Shown here: piece by piece, positions 19,751 through 30,384 of the stretch
Layout: every line of letters begins with the position of its first letter
How positions within the stretch are numbered: position 1 is the first letter of the stretch
Assembly (NCBI GenBank): GCA_965219995.1
Contig: CBDCOX010000002.1
Span: forward strand, 2,208,001-2,272,000
Direction of reading: 5' to 3'
DNA length: 64,000 nt
From: Candidatus Latescibacterota bacterium
GTDB taxonomy: Bacteria > Latescibacterota > UBA2968 > GCA-2709665
The notes under the pieces: generated by a model
What the model saw: only the letters and a program-made list of their open reading frames with translations
What the model was told of the DNA's origin: nothing
Databases searched by the model: none
Position numbers and translations under genes: made by a program

Positions 19751-21523
19751 TCATTTCTTTTGCGGACCCCGGGAATCTCCATTGCGTGTTTCGTCTCCCC
19801 GGTCTGAAGGCGTCGTTCCGCCGGCGGCTTCGGCGTCCGAATCGGACTGCGCGACGGCGCCCAGAAAGTCGCCCTTAAGGCTTTTCGACGCGATTTCCGC
19901 GAAGTCGGTCTGAGGATAACTGTCCATCAGCCGCTGGTAATAGACCCGGGCGGTGTCCGGGTTTTCCAGACGGTTCGCGTAGGTCCAGGCGATGGTATAG
20001 AGGGCTTTAGCCGCAACGGGGCTGTTCGGGTGATCCGACGAGAGTTGTTTGAGGACCTTCAGGAATCCGGACGGCGGAGCCCCCTCGCTGATCAGCGTTT
20101 CGGCCTCGAGAAAACTGGCTTTCGCCCTGGCGTCTTCTTCCAGCGACTTCGCCAGCCGCTGACGGGCGTTCACCGCGTAGGGATTGACGGGATACGCGTC
20201 GATCAGTTGCCGGAACGTCTTTTCGGCAGCATCCTGGTTTTTCAGGCTGTCCGCGTAAATCAGGCCGATGGCATAGAGTGCCTTTGGCGCCAGTTCGGCA
20301 TCCAGACTGTCGGCGATTCCGTAGGCTCTGCGGTAGGTCGCGAGCGCGGAGTCGGGTTCCGAAAAGTTGAACAGATACATCTCGGCCACATTGAAGAGCG
20401 CTTTCAGACCCTTCTTCTTGCCTTTGGCGGCCGCCTTCTGGTAACGAGCCAGCTTGCCAAGGTCCTTTTCCCGGTCTCGGGCCGCCCTGCCCGCATCGGA
20501 CCCGGGATTTTCTTTTCGGGCGCTGGCGAAGAGTTCCTGCGCCTTTTCCAAATTCCGGTGCGTCCGCTGCGCCACCATCGCCAGGCGATAGTAAGCCTCG
20601 GCGCTGTACTCGGTCTTCGGGTTGTCCTTGATGACTTCATTGTAGATCTCATCGGCGGTTTCCTGCCGGCCCATCAGATGATATGCGTGCGCCCGTCTGA
20701 GATGCACGTTCGGCTCATAGGATCTCAGGCTCTTGATCTTCAGAATGCGGTCGTACTCCGCCAGGACTTCGTCCAGTTTCCCCTGGCGCTCCAGAATTCG
20801 CCCGATCTGAAGGCGGGTCTCGTAATTGACTTTGTTTTTCGGCTTTGATTTAAGAACGCGCCTATACGCCGTAAGGGCTTCTTCGTACTGTTCCAGCCGA
20901 AACCTGGCGTTCCCGATACCCTCCCATATTTTCGCGGCGAGTCCTCGAGGCCTGCCCTTGAGCAGTTGTTGATATGCGTCGATGGCGGCGGCGTGATCGC
21001 CGGCTTCCGATTCCAGTTCCGCAAGCGCGAGCCGGGCCTTTCCCGAGAATTGCGGATCACCGCTTTCACCCACCTTCGCCAGCAAGGGCCGCGCTTCTTC
21101 GGGCCTTCCGACGGCCCAGAGCGAAAGCCCCTTCCAGTAGAAGCCTTCGGTAAGCAGCAGGCTCTGAGGAAAATTGTCCTGCAGCTCCTGGAACTTGGTG
21201 AGTGCATCCCGGTAGCTGCCCCGCCAGTAGAAGGCCTTGCCGATGAGCAACAGGCTGTCGTCAACCCACTTGCTTTCAGGATGCCGGTCGAGGACGATGG
21301 ACGCCTTTCTTATGGCCCGCATGTAGAAATCGCGGTACCGGAATACCATCTGTCGGCTCTTCTGGCCGCTGGCGGCCACGTTCTCGGCTTCCTCTCTTTT
21401 GCGCTCGGCCTCCCGGTACTGTTTCCGGGCGTTATAGAATGTGTTGTAATAGACACACCCGGAAATCAGGCTCACGGCGAACAGGACGACGCAGGGGATG
21501 AGGATTTTCCGGTTCGAATTCAT
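19751..21523 (-). CDS. TPR-repeat lipoprotein
   Basis: Lipobox LISGC followed by YYNTFYNA; many TPR-like helical repeats. Confidence 0.85.
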   Translation of the reverse strand: MNSNRKILIPCVVLFAVSLISGCVYYNTFYNARKQYREAERKREEAENVAASGQKSRQMVFRYRDFYMRAIRKASIVLDRHPESKWVDDSLLLIGKAFYWRGSYRDALTKFQELQDNFPQSLLLTEGFYWKGLSLWAVGRPEEARPLLAKVGESGDPQFSGKARLALAELESEAGDHAAAIDAYQQLLKGRPRGLAAKIWEGIGNARFRLEQYEEALTAYRRVLKSKPKNKVNYETRLQIGRILERQGKLDEVLAEYDRILKIKSLRSYEPNVHLRRAHAYHLMGRQETADEIYNEVIKDNPKTEYSAEAYYRLAMVAQRTHRNLEKAQELFASARKENPGSDAGRAARDREKDLGKLARYQKAAAKGKKKGLKALFNVAEMYLFNFSEPDSALATYRRAYGIADSLDAELAPKALYAIGLIYADSLKNQDAAEKTFRQLIDAYPVNPYAVNARQRLAKSLEEDARAKASFLEAETLISEGAPPSGFLKVLKQLSSDHPNSPVAAKALYTIAWTYANRLENPDTARVYYQRLMDSYPQTDFAEIASKSLKGDFLGAVAQSDSDAEAAGGTTPSDRGDETRNGDSRGPQKK

Positions 21524-23388
21524 GCGTTTTCACCCGCCTCCTTCCCGTGGAACTCCTGCAGAGAACGAATCCGGACCGCGCCGTTTTTCTTCAGGGACTC
21601 GATGCCGGACACCGCGGCCGAAGCGCCCGCCAGCGTGGTCGTGTACGGGATGCCGTATTGCAGCGTTGCCTGGCGAATCCTGTGATCGTCCGCCTGCGCG
21701 GCTTCTCCCGCCGGGGTGTTGACCATCAGGACGATCGACCTGTTCTTGATGGCGTCCAGAATATTGGGGCGGCCCTGCTGGATCTTGAGGATGGGTTCGG
21801 CGAGGATATCGTGCGCCATCAGCCGGGCGTGGGTTCCACGGGTGGCGACAATCCGAAACCCGAGTTCCGCCAGCCGCCGGGCAACGGGTATCACGGCATC
21901 CTTGTCCCGGTCGTTGACCGAGATGAAAACCGCGCCCGACGTGGGAAGCCGTACCCCTGCGCCGAACTGCGCCTTGTGGAAGCTCAGACCGAAGTCCGTA
22001 TCGATGCCCATGACTTCGCCGGTGGACTTCATTTCGGGCCCCAGCAGGGTATCCACGCCCGGGAACTTGGCAAACGGCAAAACGGCTTCCTTTACAGCAA
22101 TGTGATCGAAGACGACTTCGCCTGTCAACCCCTGTTCCCTGAGGGATCGGCCGACCATGGCCCGCGCCGCCACTTTCGCCAGCGGAATGCCGATCGTCTT
22201 CGAGACAAACGGCACGGTGCGGCTTGCCCGCGGGTTGACTTCGAGAATGTAGACCTGGTTGTCCTGAAGGGCGAACTGCACGTTCATCAACCCCACGACG
22301 TTCAGGGCGCCGGCCAGCGCGTGGGTGTGGGAACGGAGTTCATCGAGGTGTTCCACGGAGATGTCGTAGGGCGGCAGCACGCAGGCGCTGTCGCCGGAAT
22401 GCACGCCCGCGCTCTCGATATGCTGCATGATGCCTCCGATCACAACCGTCGTATCGTCCGCGACGGCGTCCACGTCGAACTCGTGCGCGTCTTCGAGAAA
22501 ACGGTCGATGAGAATGGGATGCTCGGGCGAGGCCTGGATTGCCTTTTCCATGTAGCTGAGAAGCGCATTCCGCTCGTAGACGATGACCATGGCGCGCCCG
22601 CCGAGGACGTACGAGGGCCGTACAAGCACGGGATAGCCGATGTCGTCGGCCACGGCAACGGCTTCGTCCACGCTGGTGGCGGTTCCGTTATCGGGCTGCG
22701 TGATGCCGAGTTGCCTGATCAGAGCGCCGAATCGCTTTCGGTCTTCGGCCAGATCGATGCTGTCCGGAGACGTCCCGATGATGTTGACGCCGCCGCGTTC
22801 CAGGTCGCGCGCGAGATTCAGGGGAGTTTGCCCGCCAAGCTGCACGATCACGCCGTCGGGCTGTTCCAGATGCGCGATATTGAGCACGTCTTCGGCCGTG
22901 AGCGGCTCGAAATAGAGTTTGTCGGAGGTGTCGTAATCGGTGCTGACGGTTTCGGGGTTCGAGTTGACCATAATGGTCTCATAGCCGTCTTCCTTGAGCG
23001 CAAAAGCCGCATGCACGCAGCAGTAGTCGAACTCGATCCCCTGCCCGATGCGATTCGGGCCGCCGCCCAGGATCATGACTTTGGGCCGATCCGATCGCGT
23101 GGCCTCGTTTTCGTCTTCATACGTGGAATAGTGGTACGGCGTATACGCCTCGAACTCGGCGGCGCACGTATCGATGGTCTTGTAGACCGCGTGTATATTC
23201 ATTTCCTTTCGGAGGGCCCTGACGGTCCATTCGCTGGTCGTCCACAGGTGGGCGAGCTGACGGTCGCTGAACCCGTATCGCTTGGCCTTGATCAGGTCGG
23301 CGCGATCCACACGGGTCCGCAGATCTTCGAGCGTTCGTTGTTTCCGGTGCATAGCGGCTGCCGGACTCGTTCGGGCGCCTGGAATCAC
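21520..23388 (-). CDS. carB: Carbamoyl-phosphate synthase large subunit, C-terminal section
   Basis: [31 protein letters not shown] and MGS domain; GTG start overlapping the upstream stop (GTGA), or ATG 23352. Confidence 0.88.
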   Translation of the reverse strand: MIPGARTSPAAAMHRKQRTLEDLRTRVDRADLIKAKRYGFSDRQLAHLWTTSEWTVRALRKEMNIHAVYKTIDTCAAEFEAYTPYHYSTYEDENEATRSDRPKVMILGGGPNRIGQGIEFDYCCVHAAFALKEDGYETIMVNSNPETVSTDYDTSDKLYFEPLTAEDVLNIAHLEQPDGVIVQLGGQTPLNLARDLERGGVNIIGTSPDSIDLAEDRKRFGALIRQLGITQPDNGTATSVDEAVAVADDIGYPVLVRPSYVLGGRAMVIVYERNALLSYMEKAIQASPEHPILIDRFLEDAHEFDVDAVADDTTVVIGGIMQHIESAGVHSGDSACVLPPYDISVEHLDELRSHTHALAGALNVVGLMNVQFALQDNQVYILEVNPRASRTVPFVSKTIGIPLAKVAARAMVGRSLREQGLTGEVVFDHIAVKEAVLPFAKFPGVDTLLGPEMKSTGEVMGIDTDFGLSFHKAQFGAGVRLPTSGAVFISVNDRDKDAVIPVARRLAELGFRIVATRGTHARLMAHDILAEPILKIQQGRPNILDAIKNRSIVLMVNTPAGEAAQADDHRIRQATLQYGIPYTTTLAGASAAVSGIESLKKNGAVRIRSLQEFHGKEAGENA

Positions 23389-24833
23389 GCGACGAGGTCC
23401 GCGAGCTCCTTTTCGTAGTCGGTGATCTGACGCAGGTTCTCGAGAAACCACGGGTCGATTCCAGTCAGTTCGTAAAGCTCGGCCAGGGGCCAGTCCGCTT
23501 CCAGCGCGGCCTTGAGATAGAAGATTCTCTGGGAATTGGGCACCCGCAGCCGGTGCTCGACCACGGCACGGTCCAGGGCGGGAATGGCCAGGTCCTTGCC
23601 GTCGGCCCCGAAGCCCCCGCGGCCGATTTCCAGGGACCGCAGTCCCTTCTGAAAGGCCTCTTTGAACGTCCGTCCGATGGCCATCGTTTCACCCACGGAC
23701 TTCATCTGAGTCCCGAGGAGGTCTTCGGTCTGCGGGAACTTTTCGAAGGTCCACCGCGGAATCTTGACCACGCAGTAGTCTATGGTCGGCTCGAAAGAGG
23801 CCGGGGTTTCCCTGGTAATGTCGTTCCGGATTTCGTCCAGTGTGTATCCAACGGCGAGTTTGGCCGCGATCTTCGCAATGGGAAATCCGGTGGCTTTCGA
23901 AGCCAGTGCGGAACTCCGGGAGACCCTGGGGTTCATTTCGATGATGACGATACGTCCGTCCCGAGGATTCAGTGCGAACTGAATATTGGACCCCCCCGTC
24001 TCCACGCCGATTTCCCGAATAACGGCGATAGACGCGTCACGCATGGCCTGGTACTCTTTGTCGGTCAGGGTCTGTGCGGGCGCCACGGTAATGGAATCGC
24101 CGGTATGAATTCCCATGGGGTCGAAATTCTCGATCGAACAGATAATGACCACGTTGTCTTTCAGATCGCGCATGACTTCCAGTTCGAACTCCTTCCACCC
24201 GATGATCGATTCTTCGACCAGGATTTCGGTGGTGGGCGAGAGCTCCAGTCCGCGACCCGCGAGGTGTTCGTACTCTTCCGCATTATAGGCCGTGCCGCCG
24301 CCGGTGCCTCCTAGCGTGTAAGAGGGACGGATGATGGCGGGATAGCCTATTTCGGCAATCACGTCCCGGGCTTCTTCCGCACTGTGCGCAAACCTCCCCT
24401 TCGGAAACTCGACGCCGATCCCGGCCATCGCGGCCTGGAATCGCTCCCTGTTCTCGGCCTTTTCGATGGCTTCGGCATTCGCGCCGATCATCTCTACATT
24501 GAATTCTTCCAGAACGCCCCCGTTGTAGAGATCCATGGCCACATTCAGGCCGGTCTGCCCGCCGAGTGTTGGAAGAAGCGCGTCCGGGCGCTCACGTTCG
24601 ATAATGGCGGCACACACTTCGGGCGCAACCGGTTCCACGTAGGTCCGGTCCGCCATTTCCGGATCGGTCATGATCGTGGCCGGATTGCTGTTCAACAGAA
24701 CGACCGTGTATCCCTCTTCCTTGAGGGCTTTGCACGCCTGGGCGCCGGAATAGTCGAACTCGCACGCCTGGCCGATGACGATCGGCCCGGAACCGATGAG
24801 CATGATTTTCCGAATGTCGTTACGCCTGGGCAT
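23385..24833 (-). CDS. carB: Carbamoyl-phosphate synthase large subunit, N-terminal section
   Basis: [42 protein letters not shown]; stops at 482 aa. Confidence 0.92.
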   Translation of the reverse strand: MPRRNDIRKIMLIGSGPIVIGQACEFDYSGAQACKALKEEGYTVVLLNSNPATIMTDPEMADRTYVEPVAPEVCAAIIERERPDALLPTLGGQTGLNVAMDLYNGGVLEEFNVEMIGANAEAIEKAENRERFQAAMAGIGVEFPKGRFAHSAEEARDVIAEIGYPAIIRPSYTLGGTGGGTAYNAEEYEHLAGRGLELSPTTEILVEESIIGWKEFELEVMRDLKDNVVIICSIENFDPMGIHTGDSITVAPAQTLTDKEYQAMRDASIAVIREIGVETGGSNIQFALNPRDGRIVIIEMNPRVSRSSALASKATGFPIAKIAAKLAVGYTLDEIRNDITRETPASFEPTIDYCVVKIPRWTFEKFPQTEDLLGTQMKSVGETMAIGRTFKEAFQKGLRSLEIGRGGFGADGKDLAIPALDRAVVEHRLRVPNSQRIFYLKAALEADWPLAELYELTGIDPWFLENLRQITDYEKELADLVA

Positions 24834-24925
24834 ATCCGCATCCTGCCCCTAAAAAAAACACCTGCGGCCGTCCTTGAAAACCGAGGATGATCGCAGGTAA
24901 CGTGGAAGCGGTTTGTCGTACGCGT

Positions 24926-25453
24926 CTAGACATTTTGCAACAGAACCAGGTAGACCAGCAGAAGGATCAGGAGGAGCGTAACGGCAAAGCAGGTTTTCAG
25001 GAAGAGATCCTTCGCCCTGTTCCGGGGTGGGTGTTCGCCAATGGGCAGAGACGAGGCGGACGGTTTCGGGAGCGACCCCGAAAACCGCTCCTGTTCGATA
25101 AGCTGCTCCAGTTTTGGATCGCACTCTCTGATGACCCGGAGGATCAGACGCTTGTTGCGGGCGGCCCGTTCGGCGTACCGCCCCCGGCGCGACGTGCGGG
25201 TTTCCGCATTGGGTATGAGAAGATCCGCGTCTTCCCTTGATCCCGAAGCGTCTTCGACCAGGCTGAGCGCACGCGCTCTGGCCAGCTGTTCCGTGAGTCT
25301 GCGGGTCTGTTTCCTGTCGTGGACGTTTTCCCGGATCACCCTTCCGCAGATGCCCACAAAGCGTTCCATATCCGCCCTGATTTCGCCTTCCGTGAGACCG
25401 GCGAGATAGGATTCTTCGATCATTTCGTCGATGCTGTCGCGAATGTCCGGCAT
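24926..25453 (-). CDS. Hypothetical protein with C-terminal TM anchor
   Basis: Fills the gap between nnr and carB on the same strand; start MPDIRDS; hydrophobic C-terminus. Confidence 0.6.
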   Translation of the reverse strand: MPDIRDSIDEMIEESYLAGLTEGEIRADMERFVGICGRVIRENVHDRKQTRRLTEQLARARALSLVEDASGSREDADLLIPNAETRTSRRGRYAERAARNKRLILRVIRECDPKLEQLIEQERFSGSLPKPSASSLPIGEHPPRNRAKDLFLKTCFAVTLLLILLLVYLVLLQNV

Positions 25454-25464
25454 TCGTCTGATTC

Positions 25465-27072
25465 TCAGTTTGGCGTGTGAAATCGTATGTACCGGTTCCG
25501 GTCCTCGCCTGTTTCGATCACGCGGCGTGCGCCAGGGAGCGCCGAAGCGACGTCGCCCGCGATCATCCCGGCCTCGCCGGTGCGTTCCGCGCACAGGTCC
25601 CCGGCCAAACCATGGTAGTAGACGCCCAGGCATCCCGCCGTTTCGGTGTCGGCGCCCTGCGCGATCAGGGCCGCGAGAATCCCTGTGAGTACGTCTCCGG
25701 TGCCGCCCGAGGCCATGCCGGCGTTGCCGCTGGGATTGACGTACGCGCGGCCGTTCGGCGCAGCCACGACGGTTGGGGCGCCTTTGAGGATGACAGTGAC
25801 GCCGGCCGCTCGAGCCAGCGTCCGCGCCGAACCGATGGGATCGGAACGAATGGCTTCGCTGTCAAGACCGGTGAGCCGGGCGAATTCCCCCGGGTGTGGC
25901 GTGACGACGGTTGGCGCAGCCCGATTTTCGAGAACTTCCGGTGCTCCGGCGAGCGCGTTGATGCCGTCGGCGTCCAGAACGAGCGGCGCTTTGATATCCT
26001 CAACGATCCGGCGCACCAGTTGTACGGTTTCGCGATGGGTGCCAAGGCCCGGCCCGAGCGCGACACAGTCGGCCTCCGCAACCAGTCTCCGGACGTCCCC
26101 GCGGGCGCGAAGGGCGAGGCAGCGGGGTTTTCGGACCTCGGGAAGCGGATGGGTCATTGCCTCCGTGAGCTTGACCTCGAGAATATCGTTCAGGCTCTCC
26201 GGAATGCCCACCCGAACCAGCCCGGCGCCGCTCCTGAGCGCCCCCTGCGCCGATAACGCCGCAGCACCCGTGAGACCGGAAGAGCCGGCCAGAATGACGA
26301 CCCGGCCGCAGTCACCCTTGTGGGCGTCGGGCCGTCTTCGGGGCAGCAGGGGCGCGCCCCCGTGCGCGGCGATGAGCCGGACGTTGACCTTCTCGGCGTT
26401 TACGGCCGCCTTCGGCAGACCGATGTCCGTACAGTAAAGGGTTCCGCAGAGGGACCGGCCCGGGTAGCGGAACTGCCCGATCTTGGGCAGACCGAAAGTC
26501 ACCGTGCGGGATGCCGCGGCGCAGGGGCCCGCGACACGGCCAGTGTCGGCGTCCAGGCCCGACGGGACGTCGACGGCCAGGACCGGACAGGCTGCATCCC
26601 GAAGCGTTTCGATTGCGCCCGCAACGACTCCACGGGGGCCGCCGCGAATCCCCGTTCCGAGCAGGGCGTCTACGGCCGAAGACGCGCCGGAAAGCGCGGA
26701 CCGGACTCGCACAAGACCATCAGATTCCGGGATTTCGTGGATCTCAAGGCCGTTTTTCCGGGCCCTGTCCAGGTGTTGGCGCGCATCGCCCACAACCTGG
26801 TCGTCCGCGGCCAGCAGAAAAGCGGAAACCGACGCGCCGGCAGAGGCGGCGATGTCCGCGATCACAAATCCGTCCCCGCCGTTGTTGCCTTTCCCGCAGA
26901 GTACAACGATCTTTTTACCCGGAAAACCGCCGACGAGGTCGTTCAGCACCCGGGCGCCCCCACGACCTGCGGACGCCATCAATTCCATACCGGCAACCCC
27001 GCGCTCGATGGCTCCGCGGTCGATGCGAGCCATCTGCGCGCCGGTTACGAGCCTGGCATGGACCTGGGGCAC
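25465..27072 (-). CDS. nnr: Bifunctional NAD(P)H-hydrate epimerase/dehydratase
   Basis: GKGNNGGDG, DALLGTG, DVPSG, HKG, GPGLG, DADG, TPHPGEF and GGTGDVL; GAGGAG before GTG 27072. Confidence 0.95.
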   Translation of the reverse strand: MPQVHARLVTGAQMARIDRGAIERGVAGMELMASAGRGGARVLNDLVGGFPGKKIVVLCGKGNNGGDGFVIADIAASAGASVSAFLLAADDQVVGDARQHLDRARKNGLEIHEIPESDGLVRVRSALSGASSAVDALLGTGIRGGPRGVVAGAIETLRDAACPVLAVDVPSGLDADTGRVAGPCAAASRTVTFGLPKIGQFRYPGRSLCGTLYCTDIGLPKAAVNAEKVNVRLIAAHGGAPLLPRRRPDAHKGDCGRVVILAGSSGLTGAAALSAQGALRSGAGLVRVGIPESLNDILEVKLTEAMTHPLPEVRKPRCLALRARGDVRRLVAEADCVALGPGLGTHRETVQLVRRIVEDIKAPLVLDADGINALAGAPEVLENRAAPTVVTPHPGEFARLTGLDSEAIRSDPIGSARTLARAAGVTVILKGAPTVVAAPNGRAYVNPSGNAGMASGGTGDVLTGILAALIAQGADTETAGCLGVYYHGLAGDLCAERTGEAGMIAGDVASALPGARRVIETGEDRNRYIRFHTPN

Positions 27073-27370
27073 CGGGTCTCCTCGAGGGTGCTCATTATGG
27101 CAGGGAAAATCGATGAAAACCGTCGTTGATTCCCTGCCAATTCCGAACGCCTCAAACTCGCCTAAAAATACAGGAATTGGAAGGGCGGCGCAACCCCAAA
27201 CTTGTATCGCGGAAACCGGCGAAGACGAACGATCAGAGGCGTCGAAACCGCGCGGTCCGGACGGTGGGGCTCGACCCGTTTCGAGAGACAAATCGCTTGA
27301 CAGAAAGCGCCCGATTTCTGTTATTTTTCCGGAGGATCGCCGCAGATTTCAGGCCCGCATCCATAGCGAC

Positions 27371-27459
27371 GGTGGGGTGACGGAGTGGTCGAACGTGGCG
27401 GTCTTGAAAACCGTTGATCCTTACCGGATCCGTGGGTTCGAATCCCACCCCCACCGCCA
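27371..27459 (+). tRNA. tRNA-Ser (TGA)
   Basis: GGTGGGG/CCCCACC acceptor stem, anticodon loop CTTGAAA, long variable arm, GTTCGAATC, encoded CCA. Confidence 0.96.
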
Positions 27460-27547
27460 GAAACGCACGATGGTCCGCGAGTCGCCCGTCGGCCAGGTAC
27501 GTCGGAAAACAAGGGGTTGGATTCCATAGTGCAATGCCGGTTTTTCC

Positions 27548-27576
27548 TTGATTTTAACTACACGTTATGGTAGTAT
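27548..27576 (+). promoter_or_regulatory. Sigma-70-type promoter for tRNA-Ser/gltX
   Basis: TTGATT-N17-TAGTAT with TG extension, 24 bp before the tRNA. Confidence 0.65.
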
Positions 27577-27600
27577 TAAACCCGATTGGATTTACGTTCC

Positions 27601-27693
<93 letters not shown>

Positions 27694-27762
27694 AAAAAAC
27701 AAGCGCACGCCTGCTCTTCCTGACCACTGGCCACTGCCCACTAATCACTGCTACTGGTAACA

Positions 27763-29202
27763 ATGTCTGAACCGGTATTGCGATTCGCACCGTCGCCTAC
27801 GGGCGGATTTCACGTGGGCAACGCCCGGACAGCGCTGTTCAACTATCTCTACATCCGGCAATACGGCGGCCGGCTGCATCTGCGTATCGAAGACACGGAT
27901 CGCGACCGGTCCACCGACGCCGCACTGAAGACGATCCTGGAAGGACTGGACTGGCTGGGGATTGCTTTCCACGGACGGCCGGCTTTTCAATCGCGTAACG
28001 CCGTGGCGCACGGCACAGCGGTGGATCGGCTCCTGGAAACCGGTCACGCGTATTACGCCTACGAGACACCGGAAGAGGTCCGCGCCATGCAGCAGCGGGC
28101 GCAGTCGGAGGGCAGGCGGGTCCGATACAACCGCGACGTAACACCCGAACAGTGTGCGGCCTTCGAGGCCGAGGGGCGGCCGAAGACGGTGCGCTTCAAG
28201 GTCCCTGAAGGCGAGACGGTCTGGCGGGATCCCATCAGGGGCGTGCAGCGATGGGACAACCGCGAGGTTGAAGACTTCATCGTCCTGCGGGCGGATGGGT
28301 CTCCTATCTACCATCTTGCCGTGGTCGTCGACGATCATGATCTGGGCGTGACGCTGGTGATCCGCGGCGCCGAACACCTGTCCAATACGCCGAAGCAGGC
28401 CATGCTCTTTCAAGCGCTGGGATGGACCGCACCCGCATATGCGCATACGACGTTGCTCATGGGGCCGGACGGGAGGAAACTGAGCAAGCGCCTGGGCGCA
28501 ACGACCGTCACGGAATACCGGCAGCAGGGCATCCTGCCGGAAGCGTTGTTCAACTTCCTGGCGCTTCAGGGTTGGTCGCCGGGTGACGACCGGGAGGTAT
28601 TCACCCGGGAGGAACTGGTTGACGCGTTTTCCGTTGCGGGCCTGCTCAGCAAGAACGCGGTGTTCGACGAACGGAAGCTTCTCTGGCTGAACGGCGAACA
28701 CCTGCGGATGAAACCCGCTCCCGAACTCCTGCGTGCGGCGACAAGCCTGTGGATCGATGCGGAATGGATTACGGCGGAAGACGCGGAGACCCGGAGGGAG
28801 CGCCTGCTGAGGGCCGTGAAACTGATGCAGCCTCGCATCCGGACCGTACGGGATTTCCTGAACTACGAATACTTTTTCAACGATCCGGAAACGTACGAGA
28901 CGAAAGCCCGGAAAAAACACTGGAAGGCGGACAGCCCCTCCCGGCTGGAAATGCTGATCGGGCGACTGGAAGCGCTGGACGACTTCGGCGAGCGGGAAGT
29001 CGAAGGCGCCACGCGCACGCTGTCCGGGCAACTGGGTATCTCCACCGGAAAGCTGATCCATCCCACCCGCCTCGCGCTCAGCGGCACGAACATCGGGCCG
29101 GGACTGTTCGAAATGATGGCGGTTCTGGGGCAGGAAACCTGCATCCGACGGATGAAGACAGCCCTGGCAAGAATGGGACAAAAGGAGACCGTACCGCAAT
29201 AG
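27763..29202 (+). CDS. gltX: Glutamate--tRNA ligase
   Basis: RFAPSPTG.FHVGNART, LRIEDTD, VVDDH, KLSKR and RLALSG..GPGL. Confidence 0.96.
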   Translation: MSEPVLRFAPSPTGGFHVGNARTALFNYLYIRQYGGRLHLRIEDTDRDRSTDAALKTILEGLDWLGIAFHGRPAFQSRNAVAHGTAVDRLLETGHAYYAYETPEEVRAMQQRAQSEGRRVRYNRDVTPEQCAAFEAEGRPKTVRFKVPEGETVWRDPIRGVQRWDNREVEDFIVLRADGSPIYHLAVVVDDHDLGVTLVIRGAEHLSNTPKQAMLFQALGWTAPAYAHTTLLMGPDGRKLSKRLGATTVTEYRQQGILPEALFNFLALQGWSPGDDREVFTREELVDAFSVAGLLSKNAVFDERKLLWLNGEHLRMKPAPELLRAATSLWIDAEWITAEDAETRRERLLRAVKLMQPRIRTVRDFLNYEYFFNDPETYETKARKKHWKADSPSRLEMLIGRLEALDDFGEREVEGATRTLSGQLGISTGKLIHPTRLALSGTNIGPGLFEMMAVLGQETCIRRMKTALARMGQKETVPQ

Positions 29203-29229
29203 ACTGACCATACGTTCAACGGATATGGC

Positions 29230-29303
29230 TGCCCCCTCGTCTAATGGCAAGACATGCGGCTCTGGACCGTAGTATCGGGGTTCGAATCCCTGGGGGGCAG
29301 CCA
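29230..29303 (+). tRNA. tRNA-Gln (CTG)
   Basis: TGCCCCC/GGGGGCA acceptor stem, loop CTCTGGA, GTTCGAATC, CCA. Confidence 0.95.
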
Positions 29304-29418
29304 AATTTTTTTTGGCGGCAGGCGCGCCGGCTATCATTCCCTCCTGCATGGAAGAATGAAAAAAGGGGATCAGGAATCAAACGCGATGGCGTAGACTCGC
29401 AGATCTGATGGTAGCGGA

Positions 29419-30372
29419 ATGACCTTACCGTTCGCAAAGGCCCTCGAGTCGGGTGACATGGCGTCGGTCCGGCTCGCGCCAAAGGCCGACTTCCACCGCC
29501 ACGCGTTCTTCGGGACGTACCTCGAAAACGTGGAGCGCTGGCTCGGCCGAACGCTGGAACGGCCGGTTTTCCCCATGACCGGGCTGAAGGAGATGGAGGA
29601 CTACGCCGGTCGCGTTCTGGCCCCGCACATCAGTTCCCGGACCGCTTTTGAATACACCTCGGAGTCTGCGCTGGACGACGCGAGAGAAGACGGCATCCGG
29701 CGCCTGGAGATGAGCTTCGATATCCGTACGGCGGACCATTTCGAGGACGGCGTCGCAGAATTCGCGTCAGCCATCGGAAACCTGAAAAAGCGGCATGCGA
29801 ACACTGTCGATCTGGGCCCGGAACTCGGGATCGCGCGAGAGAGTATCGGCGACAGCCGGCTGGAGGACCGTGCCCGGGAAGGGATCGAGTCGGGAGTCTT
29901 CCAGTCTATCGACCTTTACGGGAACGAGGGGGCGTGTACGCTCGACGCGGTGATTCCGCTATATAGGCTCGCACGAGCGGCCGGGATGAAGCTGAAGGCG
30001 CACGCGGGGGAATTCGGAGGGGCGGAACGGGTGAGGAAGACCGCGGAAACGCTGGGTTTGAACGAGGTTCAGCACGGCATCGCGGCGGCGGAATCGGCGG
30101 ACGTGATGCGCTGGCTGTCGCGGAACCGGATCCGGCTGAACGTCTGCCCGTCCAGCAACGTCATGCTGGGCGCGGTGGCGTCGCTGGCAGTACATCCGAT
30201 CCGGGTGCTGGTCGACAACGGCGTGGAAGTGACCGTCAATACCGACGATCCGATGATCTTCGGCCAAAGTCTATCGCGGGAATACCTGAACCTGTACCGG
30301 GCGGGTGTCTTCACCGCCGGCGAACTGGATGCGATGCGAGTCGCGTCGATCGCGGACGACAAGACTGAATGA
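29419..30372 (+). CDS. add: Adenosine/adenine deaminase family protein
   Basis: KADFHRH, AHAGE, QHGI, VCPSSN and VNTDDP. Confidence 0.85.
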   Translation: MTLPFAKALESGDMASVRLAPKADFHRHAFFGTYLENVERWLGRTLERPVFPMTGLKEMEDYAGRVLAPHISSRTAFEYTSESALDDAREDGIRRLEMSFDIRTADHFEDGVAEFASAIGNLKKRHANTVDLGPELGIARESIGDSRLEDRAREGIESGVFQSIDLYGNEGACTLDAVIPLYRLARAAGMKLKAHAGEFGGAERVRKTAETLGLNEVQHGIAAAESADVMRWLSRNRIRLNVCPSSNVMLGAVASLAVHPIRVLVDNGVEVTVNTDDPMIFGQSLSREYLNLYRAGVFTAGELDAMRVASIADDKTE

Positions 30373-30384
30373 GGGGTGCAATCC

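Noticed and set aside
23385-23387. carB TGA as a selenocysteine or read-through codon
   Set aside because: The downstream half is in a different frame, so read-through would not restore the protein.
21547-23418. Long antisense ORFs (also 27751-29349, 46493-48187, 57747-59153, 59247-60545)
   Set aside because: Shadows of well-supported genes on the opposite strand, typical of high-GC codon usage.
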